From contig NMRA01000001.1 in NCBI GenBank assembly GCA_002633005.1, forward strand, positions 3,331,695 to 3,395,694: a stretch of 64,000 nucleotides of DNA. The letters are read 5' to 3'. This stretch comes from Phoronis australis (lineage: Eukaryota > Animalia > Phoronida). The notes under the pieces were generated by a model. It did not search any database and had not been told where the DNA came from. It worked only from the letters and a program-made list of their open reading frames with translations. Shown piece after piece: positions 39,327 through 52,542 of the stretch. Each line of letters starts with the position of its first letter. Position 1 is the stretch's first letter. The position numbers and the translations under genes are program-made.

Positions 39327-39394
39327 TTCTGTTGGACATGAACATGAACTTTTACTGTTCAAAAAAGCAAAAGATAAAGGACTGGTATATTTAG
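39327..39394 (+). CDS. CDIN1: CDIN1 exon 8
   Basis: SVGHEHELLLFKKAKDKGLVYL (human AIGHEHEVLL). Donor gtaagt. Confidence 0.88.
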
Positions 39395-39827
39395 GTAAGT
39401 GTTGTACAAAGGAGTACAGTGATTAGACCCTGCATCCAAGCTTTTATTCGTAGATTCTCTAGCTTTGTATTTCGTGTCTATGAATTTTAAATACACAAGG
39501 GTAGTTTATACATGCCATGCCCTTCGTGTAGACACTTGCTATTCTGATTGATACATTCATTCTCATTGATCATTTCAATTATCTGCGCCTATGTATGTGT
39601 CGGTGTGGCCATATTTGGAAGGTGCACTGTACCTGGATGAAGACGATAATGAGGGCAAAGAAGAAGTAGAATAAGAGGGGGTTGAAGAATTATAAGAACT
39701 TCTGTTATTTCAGTTAATGTTTTTGGTTTAGCTTTATGTATCAATATTGTTTATGATTCAATGTTTCAATGTGCTAAACCTTAATGGTGTTTTCCGGTCT
39801 TCGTATTTTCTTGTGTTTGATTTTCAG

Positions 39828-39893
39828 ATGAGGATCAAATGAGAGAGAAGGGTTACGATAAAACGCCGGACATGAAACTAGAGATACCTATTG
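39828..39893 (+). CDS. CDIN1: CDIN1 exon 9
   Basis: DEDQMREKGYDKTPDMKLEIPI, containing the PD of the PD-(D/E)XK nuclease motif. Confidence 0.92.
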
Positions 39894-40174
39894 GTAAGAC
39901 TTGTAATTACAGTGCTGTGTGCCTAGCAAAATGTAAAGACAAACTGGTCTTTAAGTTTTGAAAGTTATTATGCAGTGCATTCAGGCATTAAGCACATACC
40001 TACAGCTGTGAGAGTCTTTCCTATGGTAAGGGGTGGCGAAGTGCCTCTAAATTTCAAAAAAATGTAAAGCAAAACACAAATACAATTATTATTTACTAAA
40101 AATAGGCGATTAAAGCAAATAGGTGAAGGTACTGACTAAAATGATTCTTGTAACCTAATTGTGTTTTGTTTTAG

Positions 40175-40280
40175 CTGTGAATGGTTATGTTATCAACTGG
40201 ATTGAAAGCAAAGCTTCGTTCGGTGATGAAGAAAGCCACAAGACTTACCTGAAAGATCAATTCTGGAGTTATTGGAACAG
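40175..40280 (+). CDS. CDIN1: CDIN1 exon 10
   Basis: [36 protein letters not shown], containing the ExK catalytic motif. Confidence 0.93.
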
Positions 40281-40463
40281 GTATGGCACTTATAATTCAT
40301 GGTGACTGTATATTCATTCACCAGGTGGCGCTAATGAATAATTACTCCTCTTTTAACAATTGAATCAATTGATAGCAGAAAGCAAGCATTTTTTATTCAT
40401 ATCTTAGAAGGTTTTTTCATACCCTTCAATTGGCTGTCTCATAGTTTTCTGACTCTGTTGTAG

Positions 40464-40608
40464 GTTTGGACCTGGGCTAGTCATTTATTGGTTTGGCTTC
40501 ATCGATGAGTTAGATGTGAATCGTGATAAAGGAATTCTGCTCATGGATCATTTTCCAGAAACATTTGTTACTATGAATCCACAAGCAGTCAATCCGTTGT
40601 CAAGGTGA
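40464..40608 (+). CDS. CDIN1: CDIN1 exon 11 (last)
   Basis: [37 protein letters not shown]...SR*. AATAAA near 40813. Confidence 0.92.
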
Positions 40609-42646
40609 TGGTATCCATGGTGATGAAATAGTGGAATGTGCTATCTACACTGTATCAAGTGGCGCCCTCTTTTGTGCTGTACACATAATGCGGTGTTTTG
40701 TCTCCATGAACACTTGCAGTGCCTGACTCTAGTGAAAGGTAGTTACTGCATTAGAAATGAAAGTGGATGGTAATGCAAACAACAGAGTTGTTGCCTTACG
40801 CAACATATGTTCAATAAAAGTTTGAGCCTCAGTGATTTTGAAATGGGGTAGGTGTAATGTATTCATGTTTTGGTTTGTGACGTAATGTTAAACAGACTAT
40901 ACCAACTGAAATTGATGTATTTATTTATAGTACATTGTACATTTATGATTGTGACACCGCAACTTGTCATTCTATTGTTCAGAGGTTTCTCCCTGCAATG
41001 GATCTTATTGATGTTATTTTGAGTGTTCCTTTGGCAGTTCAAAAATGACCAACTTCAAAGTGAGATAAAATAGGAATGAATCTGTTTATCAAGTAGAAGT
41101 ACCACACTATGAGCTCCATTCTGAGCACAGTGTGATCAACTTGTTGTTCTGTACCCAGGTTAAAGGTCATTTTTGGCGTTGGGAGAACGGAAATTCGTCA
41201 TTGGTTGAAAGCGAGCTCAATTGGCTCGTCTGGTGATGGCGAGTTATTTCATATGGCAAGAATTAGCTTAGTCTGTAGTAACAACAAACTGTCAGTTCTT
41301 TCCACACCCAAATCTTTTCTAACCTAAGTTTTAAAAATGTGAAGTTTATAGAAAAGGTCATAATTATTGGTCAACATGCCACGTGTGGCCACATCACGTG
41401 ACCAAATGAATATAAGTCTGAAAAGGGGATATTTTTCATCTTATTGTAATGTAATTTCACCTAAATAATATAACTTGTGATACTTTTTCTTGCAGATAAG
41501 TCTATGTAAACTCAGTTATTCAATCCGACTTCGCCTATTTTTAATAATCGCCTGTTAATTTCATGCTCAAACCCTTGTGGGTTATACGTAGTTGTTATGT
41601 ATAATGTATTATATATTGTTATTTATATTGAAACACTAAGGATATTTAGCTAGGTCCACCCAAGTCTAGCCATATCCTCGAATATGATTTCTGGGCAAAT
41701 ATAAAATTACAGTAGCTTGTTCCTTGCTGTGACTAGAAATGATTTCTGTCTGACAGTTTAGACTAGTACTTTTCACTGTGGTCAATTTGTGCACTGTGCC
41801 AGGTCTATTTATAATGACCTGAGTAAGCAACTGCTTAAAACTATTTTATTAAGAGTGTGAGTATCCTGAATCAAATGTTATTTTTCTCACATGGAAGGTG
41901 GTTCGTGTCAGGTTTAAAGCCAGGATTTTACCTCTAGACGTAAAGCTAGGTAGCCCTGGTTATGTCTCATTTCCAATTAAATGTTGAGATGAATGCTATT
42001 GGAAAGCTTAATTAGCATTTTAACATTTAATCATTAAGTGGGAAGGAAGGAAGTCTTGTCTTTAAAGCTGTCTTAAACGTACCTCCTTTCAAAAATTTAT
42101 TTAGGCCACCTAGTGATATGAAATTGTTCTCCTGTTGGCGCTTAATCAAATTAGTGGTGATTTCTGGGCGTGATAAGAATTGAGTGACATTTGGTTATTG
42201 CTTGAGGCAGAGCTCTACATATTGGTTGTCACGATGGTCCATTTATGCACCAAATCTGTTCTTTAGCACTGACCAACTAACTCTTTTTTTCTCAGAAAAC
42301 ACTTCATGAACCCACCTTCTGCCAAACTCTAAAAACAACTTGCTGTTGTAGAACTGGTGTTTGCTGGTTCCTTTTTCATCAGTATTTAGAGATTTTACGT
42401 TTAAGCAGATATGCGATTTCGTTATTGCTCAATATCAGGTGCATCAATTTTGCTTGACCGGGGGTCATTTTAAGCACCCTGAGCGTGGCCGCAAGCAATG
42501 ATGAACCTCACTTCTAATTCCGATAAAGAATTAGATGAGACTAATGTTATAATGGCATGTGGTCTAAATCAAAAGTTATTACTTCAGTTAGCAGCAACTT
42601 AAAAAGCTATGACTTACCATGTATTGTCGCGGTGGACAAATTCAAC

Positions 42647-42666
42647 CATAGACATCTATGTCTATG
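42647..42666. mobile_element. 20-bp P-like transposon remnant/footprint with 8-bp TSD
   Basis: CATAGACAT-CT-ATGTCTATG flanked by AATTCAAC at 42639-42646 and 42667-42674. Confidence 0.75.
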
Positions 42667-43590
42667 AATTCAACATTCATGTAGAAGAGGTATGATGTGG
42701 AAGTACCCGTTTTAGATACAAAAGTCATTGTGCATCAAAATGTCGTTAAGCCTTAGCAAGACGTTGATAGTGTAAAGGTAAACTTTCTTCAAAGAAACTG
42801 CCGAACTAGTTGTTTTAACGAGACAATGCTTTACTGGCAAAACATATCTTGAGATTATTGATGGATGGAATAGACTTATTGAAGTTATTAGCTTTGACCA
42901 GAGCGACGAAACAACTAAATCCGTTGTTTTTGTGATTTTTAAGCGCCATCACGTCTGCTGTTGTGTCTCCAAGTACCATTACAGATTTTCATGAAATTTG
43001 GCAAATGACTAGTAGGTTTCTATCATTTGTACAGGTCTGACTCTGTAGCATCCCCTAATGGCAATTTTGTTTTTGCCCGTGGCTCTGCTGTGCGTGAATC
43101 CTACTTAATCTCAAGGTCACGTTTGCGTGAACTTGTAATACACGACGGAACTCGCTCGCTCAAATAATCGCGTTCACGTTGATAAAATTTGCACTGCACT
43201 AAAGCAAATTACATGTTTATAAAACAATGTAAATCTTAATCAACCTCTTTCAATAAGGCCTATTGGCGATTTTATTCTTAATACATTCGCCCGATTCTAT
43301 GGGACAAATTCCAGTTAAGGAGAAAGTGTGTAACCGTGAGGCCAATAACCGCAAAATTCTTTAAAATGAACAAAACATTTCACTTCATTGACTTAATGAA
43401 TATTCAATTCAAAGTTCACGCATACGCGATCTCGAGATTCAGCAAGATTTCAAATTCACGCACAGCAGCTCAACATCTACTAAGTTCCTTTATGGGTCTT
43501 CGTAAAGTTGGCAGGAGTTTCTAGCCAATGAGAGTAGGCCTAAAATTGATATGGATTTTGGGACATATCCAACTACTGTGGAGTCCAGTA

Positions 43591-43815
43591 CACGCGCGCA
43601 CACAGGGGGGCTCGACCGAGTTCCCCCATTTGGCGAAGTGGGCAAAAAAGGTCCGCCCCTGAGAGACAAAAAGTTCGAGAAAATGGGACAAAAGTCCACT
43701 AAATAAGGGCAAACGCGCACTTCACAGTGGTGCTCCCGTTTTTTTTTTTGTTTTTTTTAGGTACACGATGTCAAGAATTCGAGCCCCCCCATATTGAAGG
43801 CTGGGTGCATGCGTG
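43591..43815. mobile_element. MITE, same family as 13942-14101
   Basis: CACGCGCGCACACAGGGGGG ... AATTCGAGCCCCCCCATATTGAAGGCTGGGTGCATGCGTG. The 3' ~45 bp are shared with the 14-kb copy. Confidence 0.65.
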
Positions 43816-46215
43816 CATGCAGTAGTGGCACTTTGTGTTCTTTTACGTCTACTTTCATTAGTATCTACTAAACTCCTTGGTGTTCTAATCGTGATGAAAG
43901 GTTGTAGGCGTATTCATATATTGATGAGAGCCTTGCTGAGTTGTTCTCCCCCCGAGGCTATTAAATTTACTGTAGTACCACTCGTGTTTAAAATAGCGAT
44001 CGTCCTTATATCTGCGCTGATGTTGGGGAGCAGAACAATTCCGACTTGCAATTTCGCCGTTGTCTTCCAGATACTCACTGAAATCAAAGCCTGTGACTTC
44101 ACCGTTTAAATACACTTAATATACTCATGTTATTTGTCAAATGGGATTTACACCGAGACTGCGGCCGCGGGGGGTTGCAGGCGCTGAGGCTGCATGACTC
44201 AAAAAATCACTTTTCTGGACGACAGTATCCCTTTAATCAGACAAAACTAATATCCTCGTTTATTTCCACGTCAGAATGCGTGCAATAAATCACTGGGTTA
44301 TGAACTTACTTCAATGCCACCACAATCCAAATAAATCTATGGTACTAACGGTAGCCATTTATAATAACGAAATTTACGTTAAATATTAGAAACGCACAAT
44401 AACGTCTACACAATCTCTTAATGAACATTTTCTAGTATGAGGTATTGGCTATAAAGGGGCAAACTTTCATAATTTTGCAAAACTGGTTAATCCCGAATTG
44501 ATTTTCGAAAGAACTTTTTTAAGACTTGGGAACAGCAAAGTGCAGTATGATTTCGAATCTTTATAACGCTCAGTGGCGGATTTAAAGTGCCAGTTCCAGG
44601 GGCCCGTCCCACTCTCGGCATGATAAAAAACGGTCCCTACATCCGGCATACCGTTTTAGAGCTTCGGTGAAGGTTTGATCTTTGAAAATTGTAATAGTTC
44701 CCCTCGCAACATCCTCGACACCGAATTCGTGCATAAAACTTGCTCATTTAGGATTACTGAAACACAAACACAACTTCTAACTTTTCAAATATTAAACATC
44801 TCGCTTCTGTAATACAACATACGTCACGGTTGCCTATGGCGTTTCTGTAAAAATCAATTATGTTTAACCCTGTGTGTAGCGAGTTATTTAGCTGATAAAA
44901 TGTAACCCTAGTACTTCATGCAGTTTTAACGATTGAGGCTATTGTGGAATCGTACTTTGGATAAAGGCCAATATTTATTTTCAATTCTTTCAAAAGAGAA
45001 TGTGCTATGTACCTACTTTGATAAGAATGGAAGGTTTATATTTATTCAGTTAGGCGATATCCAATTTGGTTTATTGGTTGGTAATCGGTTATGTGCAATC
45101 TTATGGGCAAGACTACAAAACAAATTAAACCCGTAAGAACAATATATAATTTCTGAAAGTGGAAAACCTGTAGGATTTTCAACTTTATGCCAATTTGCCA
45201 TCAATATGGGCTACGTGACCTCGTCTTCAGTAAAAATTAAGCGAAAACAAAGGAAATATATATATAACAAAACAACGGTATCAATAAATGAGTACATAAC
45301 ATCGTTTAATTTATAGTGACATTATAGACGAGAAATGTAATATTCTGAGAACAGCTCCAACGCTGATTTGCGTCGGCAACACTCGCGGTCGCAGCCAAAC
45401 GCCCTGCCGACTGAACTAAATCTCCCTCGATAAACAGAAGAGTAATTTGAGCGTGAACGGCTTCGATTTCTGGGAATGTCTGGGAGGCAATTGCGATATG
45501 TAATAAAAACAAAAAAGCACAACAGACTTTACTGATTACTGTTTGCAGCTCTGATCAAAGCGAGCACTGGAACTTAAAAAAGTATATGTAATGCATTCTG
45601 GGTAGAACGCAACTGTTAGGTGCCTGGATACAACAAGCAAGGCTTTTATTTGGCTTTTCGACAACTCCACGAGCATGAAGTGTTTCACCAAACAGAGATC
45701 AATTCGAATTTTAACATAGTGTATCCAATACAATACATAATTTACGCACTGAGTATTTGTCAATAGTATACAGCTTTGTGTGAATTGAATAAATTTTTAT
45801 TTGGCATGACATTTCACCATTGAAAATTCAGCTCCGTCAATTAGATAAAAACTTGGTATAGCAGCAAACGTACACTAGCCAAAGCCACAGGCTACGCATT
45901 TAGCCCTGTCGTCTCTGGACAGTAGAATAATTCTATGATGGTCAATTGACATCACGCAACAACAGGATAAAAATTACAAAAAAATCATTGATTGGTATTT
46001 CACTTGGTGTATCGCAAGCGCTTCCACCAATGACAACGTGTAGATGGTGACCGCCTGCTTTCGCCCCGCGTGCTTGGCGATTACCATGGTGGCACGTGGG
46101 TCTTTGAGGATTGAGAACTGGGTGTTGCAGTGAAGGAGGCACGTGATATGTTCTCATGGCACTTAACATTATCCTGCTAAAGGCACTTCAATAACACCAT
46201 CGACAAATGTTCCGG

Positions 46216-46541
46216 TCACTTTTTACCCTTGGCGGGCACTGTCCGTTTCTCACGTTTCGATTTAGAGCTGATCCGTCCTGCGGGACTGGGCGATTTGCTG
46301 TTAATTCGCTGCTTCCGCTTCTTTTGCACCTCTGCCACGTGAAGTTTGTAGTTTGGAAATAGGTCCGCCCACTGATCTAGCAGGGGAACAAATGTGTACT
46401 GAGGTGGAGGCGGCGTGGATCGGCCGTCGACGTCGTCGTCGTTTGGCAGAAGCTGTTTTTCAACTAAAATGTACGTGTTGTGGGAGGCCAGATATTTTGT
46501 AGCGTAGTCGTGTTTGTGAAGATCCAAGTCTTTAATCAAAC
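46216..46541 (-). CDS. CXorf65: CXorf65/C22orf15-family protein, last coding exon
   Basis: Acceptor ttttcag, phase 1. Encodes LIKDLDLHKHDYATKYLASHNTYILVEK (human YASKYLTARSTYYV) and a basic C-terminal tail. Confidence 0.75.
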
Positions 46542-47815
46542 CTGAAAATTAATTGAGATGATAATGAATAAACGATGGCGATATTTAAACTTGAACTGAA
46601 ATACACATGAGGTAAAATACAAATCAAATTACATAATGGTGTACCCCCAAGCATTAGTGATTAGGACCGGCTCACGTGTTGCATTTGTGACCTTTGCCAA
46701 GGCAATTTTTGAAAATGGCAACCAAACTCACACCGGAACGTGTTAGTTTTGGGGTGATAATCTCACAAATCAATTGACTTGAATGCCAGATTTAGTGAAG
46801 ACAGGCTCACATGTTCGTTGCTTAATTTGCTCAATGATAAGAATTGAGACATGATCACTCGAAGTCTATTGGCGTGACAGGAGAGTTGACGCACAACCAA
46901 AGTGGCTGTCACGTAGACTCGTAATAGTAACAAAACAAGTTGACAACATGCCGTTGTATATTCATTACTTTCATTTGACAAATTGTGACATGGGATGCAT
47001 TTGCAGTGTCGCATTTCGTCACGCTTCGTGCCGATCCCTATTTTCGAAGGTCGGACACAAAGACTCTTAAATCGCCTTTCAACCAAACACAATACTATCC
47101 GTCGATACTATCTGTGAAAGAAGTCATATATACATGTCATCACTTAGCGCTCGTGCGGCATCCCGTAGTAAATTTGCGTCATTGTTGTCAATTGAGACAC
47201 AAGGACAAAAGTATACAGAATGTGGTCTACACTACAACTCGTTTACAATATGGACGCAAACTTTGATTAGCATTTTTCCTGTATGCATGAAAATCTGTGA
47301 CCTGTGATATGATACACGACCTAAAAAGTGCTTAGAGCTTAGTCAAATATAATCTTGAATCTTGGATCAGCGGACCTATCTAAAACAAACTTTTACCCCA
47401 AGGTGATCAGGAACAATTGACGTTTACACAGGGTGCCAGAGCAATTTGCGCCTAGAACAACGTGTACACAAATTCAGAGTAATGTGAACGAGGTGCTGCA
47501 GGCTCACTTGGAAATGACTTTCGGGGACAAAAATGCAGACCATATCCCGCACTCTAATAACAATTTAACAATGGCACTTAGTACAAGAGATCCAAAAATT
47601 CGTTAGTCATCTCTAGTACTGGCCCTTTGTACGAGAGATCATTTTCACTGCGGGTGTTGAGGTTTGCAACTTGCCTGACAAAAGATGACCGGTCAATATA
47701 CTAGTCACCAAGTGACCTTCTTGGATTGTGATCTGCTAGGGTAATGCCAGGACCCTACAAAAACGTCCACATTTGAAACATCATAGCCCAGAAATGACTG
47801 ATGGGATTTATACGC

Positions 47816-50800
47816 ACCGTTCTTCAAACCGCTGCAAGGAAACGGTTTTAGAATGTTTCACGTTTGCATGAAATGTTATCAAAATATTACTTTTATGAAA
47901 AAAATGAAAAGTTTCATATAACGAAAACGAAATTATATTTTAGAAAACTGTAACAGCGCTTTTCAGATTTCATCTTGAACACGTATATTAAATAAAGTTT
48001 GGCCATGTTACCAATACCGTTGTTTCGCTATGAATGTATTTTTTTGTCAAGTTAAATTTTAATAACAAGTAAAAACATGGCCGCATGGCCGATCTACTAT
48101 CAGAAACTATAAAATTTTACACAGTTAAAGTTCTACAGGTTTCGTGCGGATTTTTGAATAAATGCAAAGACCTGTCGGTATGGTGCCACAAGTATTCACC
48201 GTTGTTACGCCCGAGGGGTACTCTCATGGAAGAGGTATACGGGACATGCTGTTCAGAAGTGAGACTTTACGACCAGTATTTCTACGAGAGGGTGACTTTT
48301 CTAACAGAATTCCGTCAAAATTAAATGTTCTACGATAGGGTTCACTTTCGGAGCTCAAAACTCTTCTAAAGGTTCTATTTTCCAGCGGACTGCAGCCGTT
48401 TTCAATATTATTGACATTTTATAAAGTGTTCTTGTTCTTGCGCGTTGAATAGGGGCAGAACGATGATCGTTTCAGAAATAAAAGTACGCCATGGTTAAGC
48501 ACATTTCTACGTGCACAAAGGTACTCGTTTAAAAACCCTTTGGTGCTTCGTTCAGACTTACGTGTGCGTGCATAACACATTACCTGACCGTTGAGTGATT
48601 AGCATGATGTCGCAAACCGCCCTTATCTATGTCCGCTTTACTAAAGTATGTCATTATCGTTCCAGACAACGGAAACATTCAGAAGTTAAAAACGCATTCA
48701 AATACTACAGACGAACGAGCTCCGTTGATGCCACATTGAGAACAAAATACAATATCGTAATTAGATTCTTTTGAAAAGTCACCAAGTCATTAGTTACAGT
48801 CATCACTGGTATTCGTTCTTGAGGTCTACATAAAACAGAAATTACCAATCTTGAGGATGTTGCAAATAAAGAATTCAATTCACTGGAAATTGACAGGAGC
48901 CCTGAGCACTGCAGGTAAAGCGACGGCCTCTATTATAGACATAATATTATTAAAATGGTTTTGAGTCACGACTGGACGCATGTAAAATAGCGTTGAAGAG
49001 TACGTACAAATCCCGGGGCAATAATCTTTTAATGGGTTTCAACTGCCGTTCGCTCCTGTGAATTGATGTATTCGACTTGTGTCATCTTATTATAATAACA
49101 GTGTTTGTATTTAGGACTACAGACAAACGAGTCTAGGTCGGGAATTTCTCAATCATGCAACAAATGTCCTTATATCATACTACCACCGAGACGGCTCCTT
49201 CCAGGGCCCGTAAAATCGGCGATGTATTGATTACTTCCTGTCTAATTAACAATTTCCATACATCTGAATATTCCACAGCAGTGATCAACAATCTGCCTTT
49301 CCGAGTTCGAGAAATCACTTAAAGAAAGTTTATAGGGACTTGTGATGGTTTTGTCTAAGCATCGATTTAACGGTAAGACTCAATCCGTAGATGACTGGAC
49401 ATTATAGGGTCTTACATGCAAGTCTGTGTACTTAGCCAGATATATGGCAAACTGCAGATTTTATTTCTCAAAATGTCACGCACTCCTGGTAATAATAATG
49501 CCTTGTGCGTCTAACACAGATATTTGTCTTATGACAACTTCTTGGTGTCAGAATTGCAACTTGAAAAATGAAATAACACACGTTAGCCTTCGTCACAATG
49601 ATGAATTACCATTAGGATCCGACATGAGATATCAACTAGCTTAGCACATTTGCATGAGAAGAAGCTGGGCTGTGTTCCATACACCAAGTATCTTGAGAGA
49701 AAAGTGAGATAGCTGAAGTCATCACGAGGTATTCCTCAGGATTACAATGGAGACACGTGATCACTCTTAAGATTTTCCAGTGAGTATCTTCACGGGTGAG
49801 GAACAACATGACCGCCCGTCCTCTTACATCGGACCGCCTCACCCAAAACAGGACCTCCGGGGATCAAATGGGACCGTCGCACCAGAAAATGGGACTGACG
49901 CACCTAAAAACATGACCGCCTCACCACAAAACAGGACCGCCGGGGACTGAACATGAGCGCCGGACAATATGCGGTTTCAATCCCCGCCGGACAATATGCG
50001 GTTTCAATCCCCGGCGGTCATGTTCAGTNNNNNNNNNNNNNNNNNNNNNNNNNNNNNNNNNNNNNNNNNNNNNNNNNNNNNNNNNNNNNNNNNNNNNNNN
50101 NNNNNNNNNNNNNNNNNNNNNNNNNNNNNNNNNNNNNNNNNNNNNNNNNNNNNNNNNNNNNNNNNNNNNNNNNNNNNNNNNNNNNNNNNNNNNNNNNNNN
50201 NNNNNNNNNNNNNNNNNNNNNNNNNNNNNNNNNNNNNNNNNNNNNNNNNNNNNNNNNNNNNNNNNNNNNNNNNNNNNNNNNNNNNNNNNNNNNNNNNNNN
50301 NNNNNNNNNNNNNNNNNNNNNNNNNNNNNNNNNNNNNNNNNNNNNNNNNNNNNNNNNNNNNNNNNNNNNNNNNNNNNNNNNNNNNNNNNNNNNNNNNNNN
50401 NNNNNNNNNNNNNNNNNNNNNNNNNNNNNNNNNNNNNNNNNNNNNNNNNNNNNNNNNNNNNNNNNNNNNNNNNNNNNNNNNNNNNNNNNNNNNNNNNNNN
50501 NACCGTTCTTCAAACCGCTGCAAGGAAACGGTTTTAGAATGTTTCACGTTTGCATGAAATGTTATCAAAATATTACTTTTATGAAAAAAATGAAAAGTTT
50601 CATATAACGAAAACGAAATTATATTTTAGAAAACTGTAACAGCTCTTTTCAGATTTCATCTTGAACACGTATATTAAATAAAATTTGGCCATGTTACCAA
50701 TACCGTTGTTTCGCTATGAATGTATTTTTATTTTTGTCAAGTTAAATTTTAATAAAAACATGGCCGCGTGGCCCAATTTGTGACAGACTGGCATAAAATA

Positions 50801-52542
50801 AAAAATCTACAACCGATCTACCATCAGAAACTATAAACTTTTACACAGTTAAAATTCTACAGGTTTCATGTACATTTTTTAATAAATGTAAAGACCTGTC
50901 GATATGGTGCCTCAAGTATTCACCGCTGTTACGCCCGAGGGGTACTCCCATGGAAGAGGTATACGGGACATGCTGTTCAGAAGTGAGACTTAACGACCAG
51001 TATTTCTACGAGAGGGTGACTTTTCTAACAGAATTCCGTCAAAATTAAATGTTCTACGATAGGGTTCACTTTCGGAGCTCGACACTCTTCTAAAGGTTCT
51101 ATTTTCCAGCGGACTGCAGCCGTTTTCAATATTATTGACATTTTATAAAGTGTTCTTGTTCTTGCGCGTTGAATAGGAGCAGAACGATGATCGTTTCAGA
51201 AATAAAAGTACGCCATGGTTAAGCACATTTCTACGTGCACAAAGGTACTCGTTTAAAAACCCTTTGGTGCTTCGTTCAGACTTACGTGTGCGTGCATAAC
51301 ACATTACCTGACCGTTGAGCGATTAGCATGATGTCGCAAACCGCCCTTATCTATGTTCGCTTTACTAAAGTATGTCATTATCGTTCCAGACATCGGAAAC
51401 ATTCAGAAGTTAAAAACGCATTCAAATACTACAGACGAACGAGCTCCGTTGATGCCACATTGAGAACAAAATACAATATCGTAATTAGATTCTTTTGAAA
51501 AGTCACCAAGTCATTAGTAACAGCCATCACTGGTATTCGTTCTTGAGGTCTACATAAAACAGAAATTACCAATCTTGAGGATGTTGCAAATAAAGAATTC
51601 AATTCATTGGAAATTGACAGGAGCCCTGAGCACTGCAGGTAAAGCGACGGCCTCTATTATAGACATTATATTATTAAAATGGTTTTGAGTCATGACTGAA
51701 CGCGTATAAAATAGCGTTGAAGAGTACGTAGAAATCCCGGGGCATTAATCTTTTAATGGGTTTCAACTGCCGTTTGCTCCTGTGAATTGATGTATTCGAC
51801 TTGTTGCTCCTGTGAATTGATGTATTCGACTTGTGTCATCTTATTATCATAACAGTGTTTGTATTTAGGACTACAGACAAACGAGTCTAGGTCGGGAATT
51901 TCTCAATCATGCAACAAATGTCTATATCGTACTACCACCGAGACGGCTCCTTCCAGCGCCCGTAAAATCGGCGATGTATTGATTACTTCCTGTCTAATCA
52001 ACAATTTCCATACATCTGAATATTCCTCAGCAGTGATCAACAATCTGCCTTTCCGAGTTCGACAAATCACTTAAAGAAAGTTTATAGGGACTTGTGCTGG
52101 TTTTGTCTAGGCATCGATTTAACGCTAAGACTCAATCCGTATATGACAGGACATTATAGGGTCTTACATGCAAGTCTGTGTACTTAGCCAGATATATGGC
52201 AAACTGTACATTTTATTTTTCAAAATGTCACGCATTCCTGGTAATAACGATGCCTTGTGCGTCTAACACAGATATTTGTCTTATGACAACTTCTTGGTGT
52301 CAGAATTGCAACTTGCAAAATGAAATAAGACACGTTAGTCTTCGTCACAATGATGAATTAACGTTAGGATCCGACATGAGATATCAACTAGCTTGGCACA
52401 TTTGCATGTGAAGAAGCTGGGCTGTGTTCCATACACCAAGTATCTTGAGAGAAAAGTGAGATAGCTGAAGTCATCACGAGGTATTCCTCAGGATTACAAT
52501 GGAGACACGTGATCACTCTTAAGATTTTCCAGCGAATATCTT
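47816..52542. repeat. ~2-kb duplication (47816-49790 / 50502-52542) across an N-gap, probable haplotype overlap
   Basis: The second copy starts exactly at the gap end. The copies differ by SNPs, a ~40-bp indel and a 30-bp micro-duplication (~51776-51834). Confidence 0.9.
49791..50028. mobile_element. left end of a CAC-terminal DNA transposon with subterminal repeats, running into the N-gap
   Basis: Starts CACGGGTGAGG exactly where the two duplicate copies diverge. Contains repeated CATGACCGCC, two 27-bp tandem units (CGCCGGACAATATGCGGTTTCAATCCC) and an inverted ACTGAACATGA.CGCCGG pair. Confidence 0.6.

Noticed and set aside
44140-44235. Kolobok-like end (GACAGTATCCCTTTAA); a similar TTAA end lies at ~9760-9776
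   Set aside because: No matching opposite terminus was found in the window.
48210-49018. Possible CCCG(A/G)GGGGTACTC...GAGTAC...CCCGGG non-autonomous element
   Set aside because: The ends are suggestive but degenerate and no TSD could be confirmed.
49958-50012. CRISPR-like repeat (GTTTCAATCCC resembles some CRISPR repeat ends)
   Set aside because: Only two adjacent units, no spacers, no cas genes, and a eukaryotic context. Better explained as a transposon subterminal repeat.
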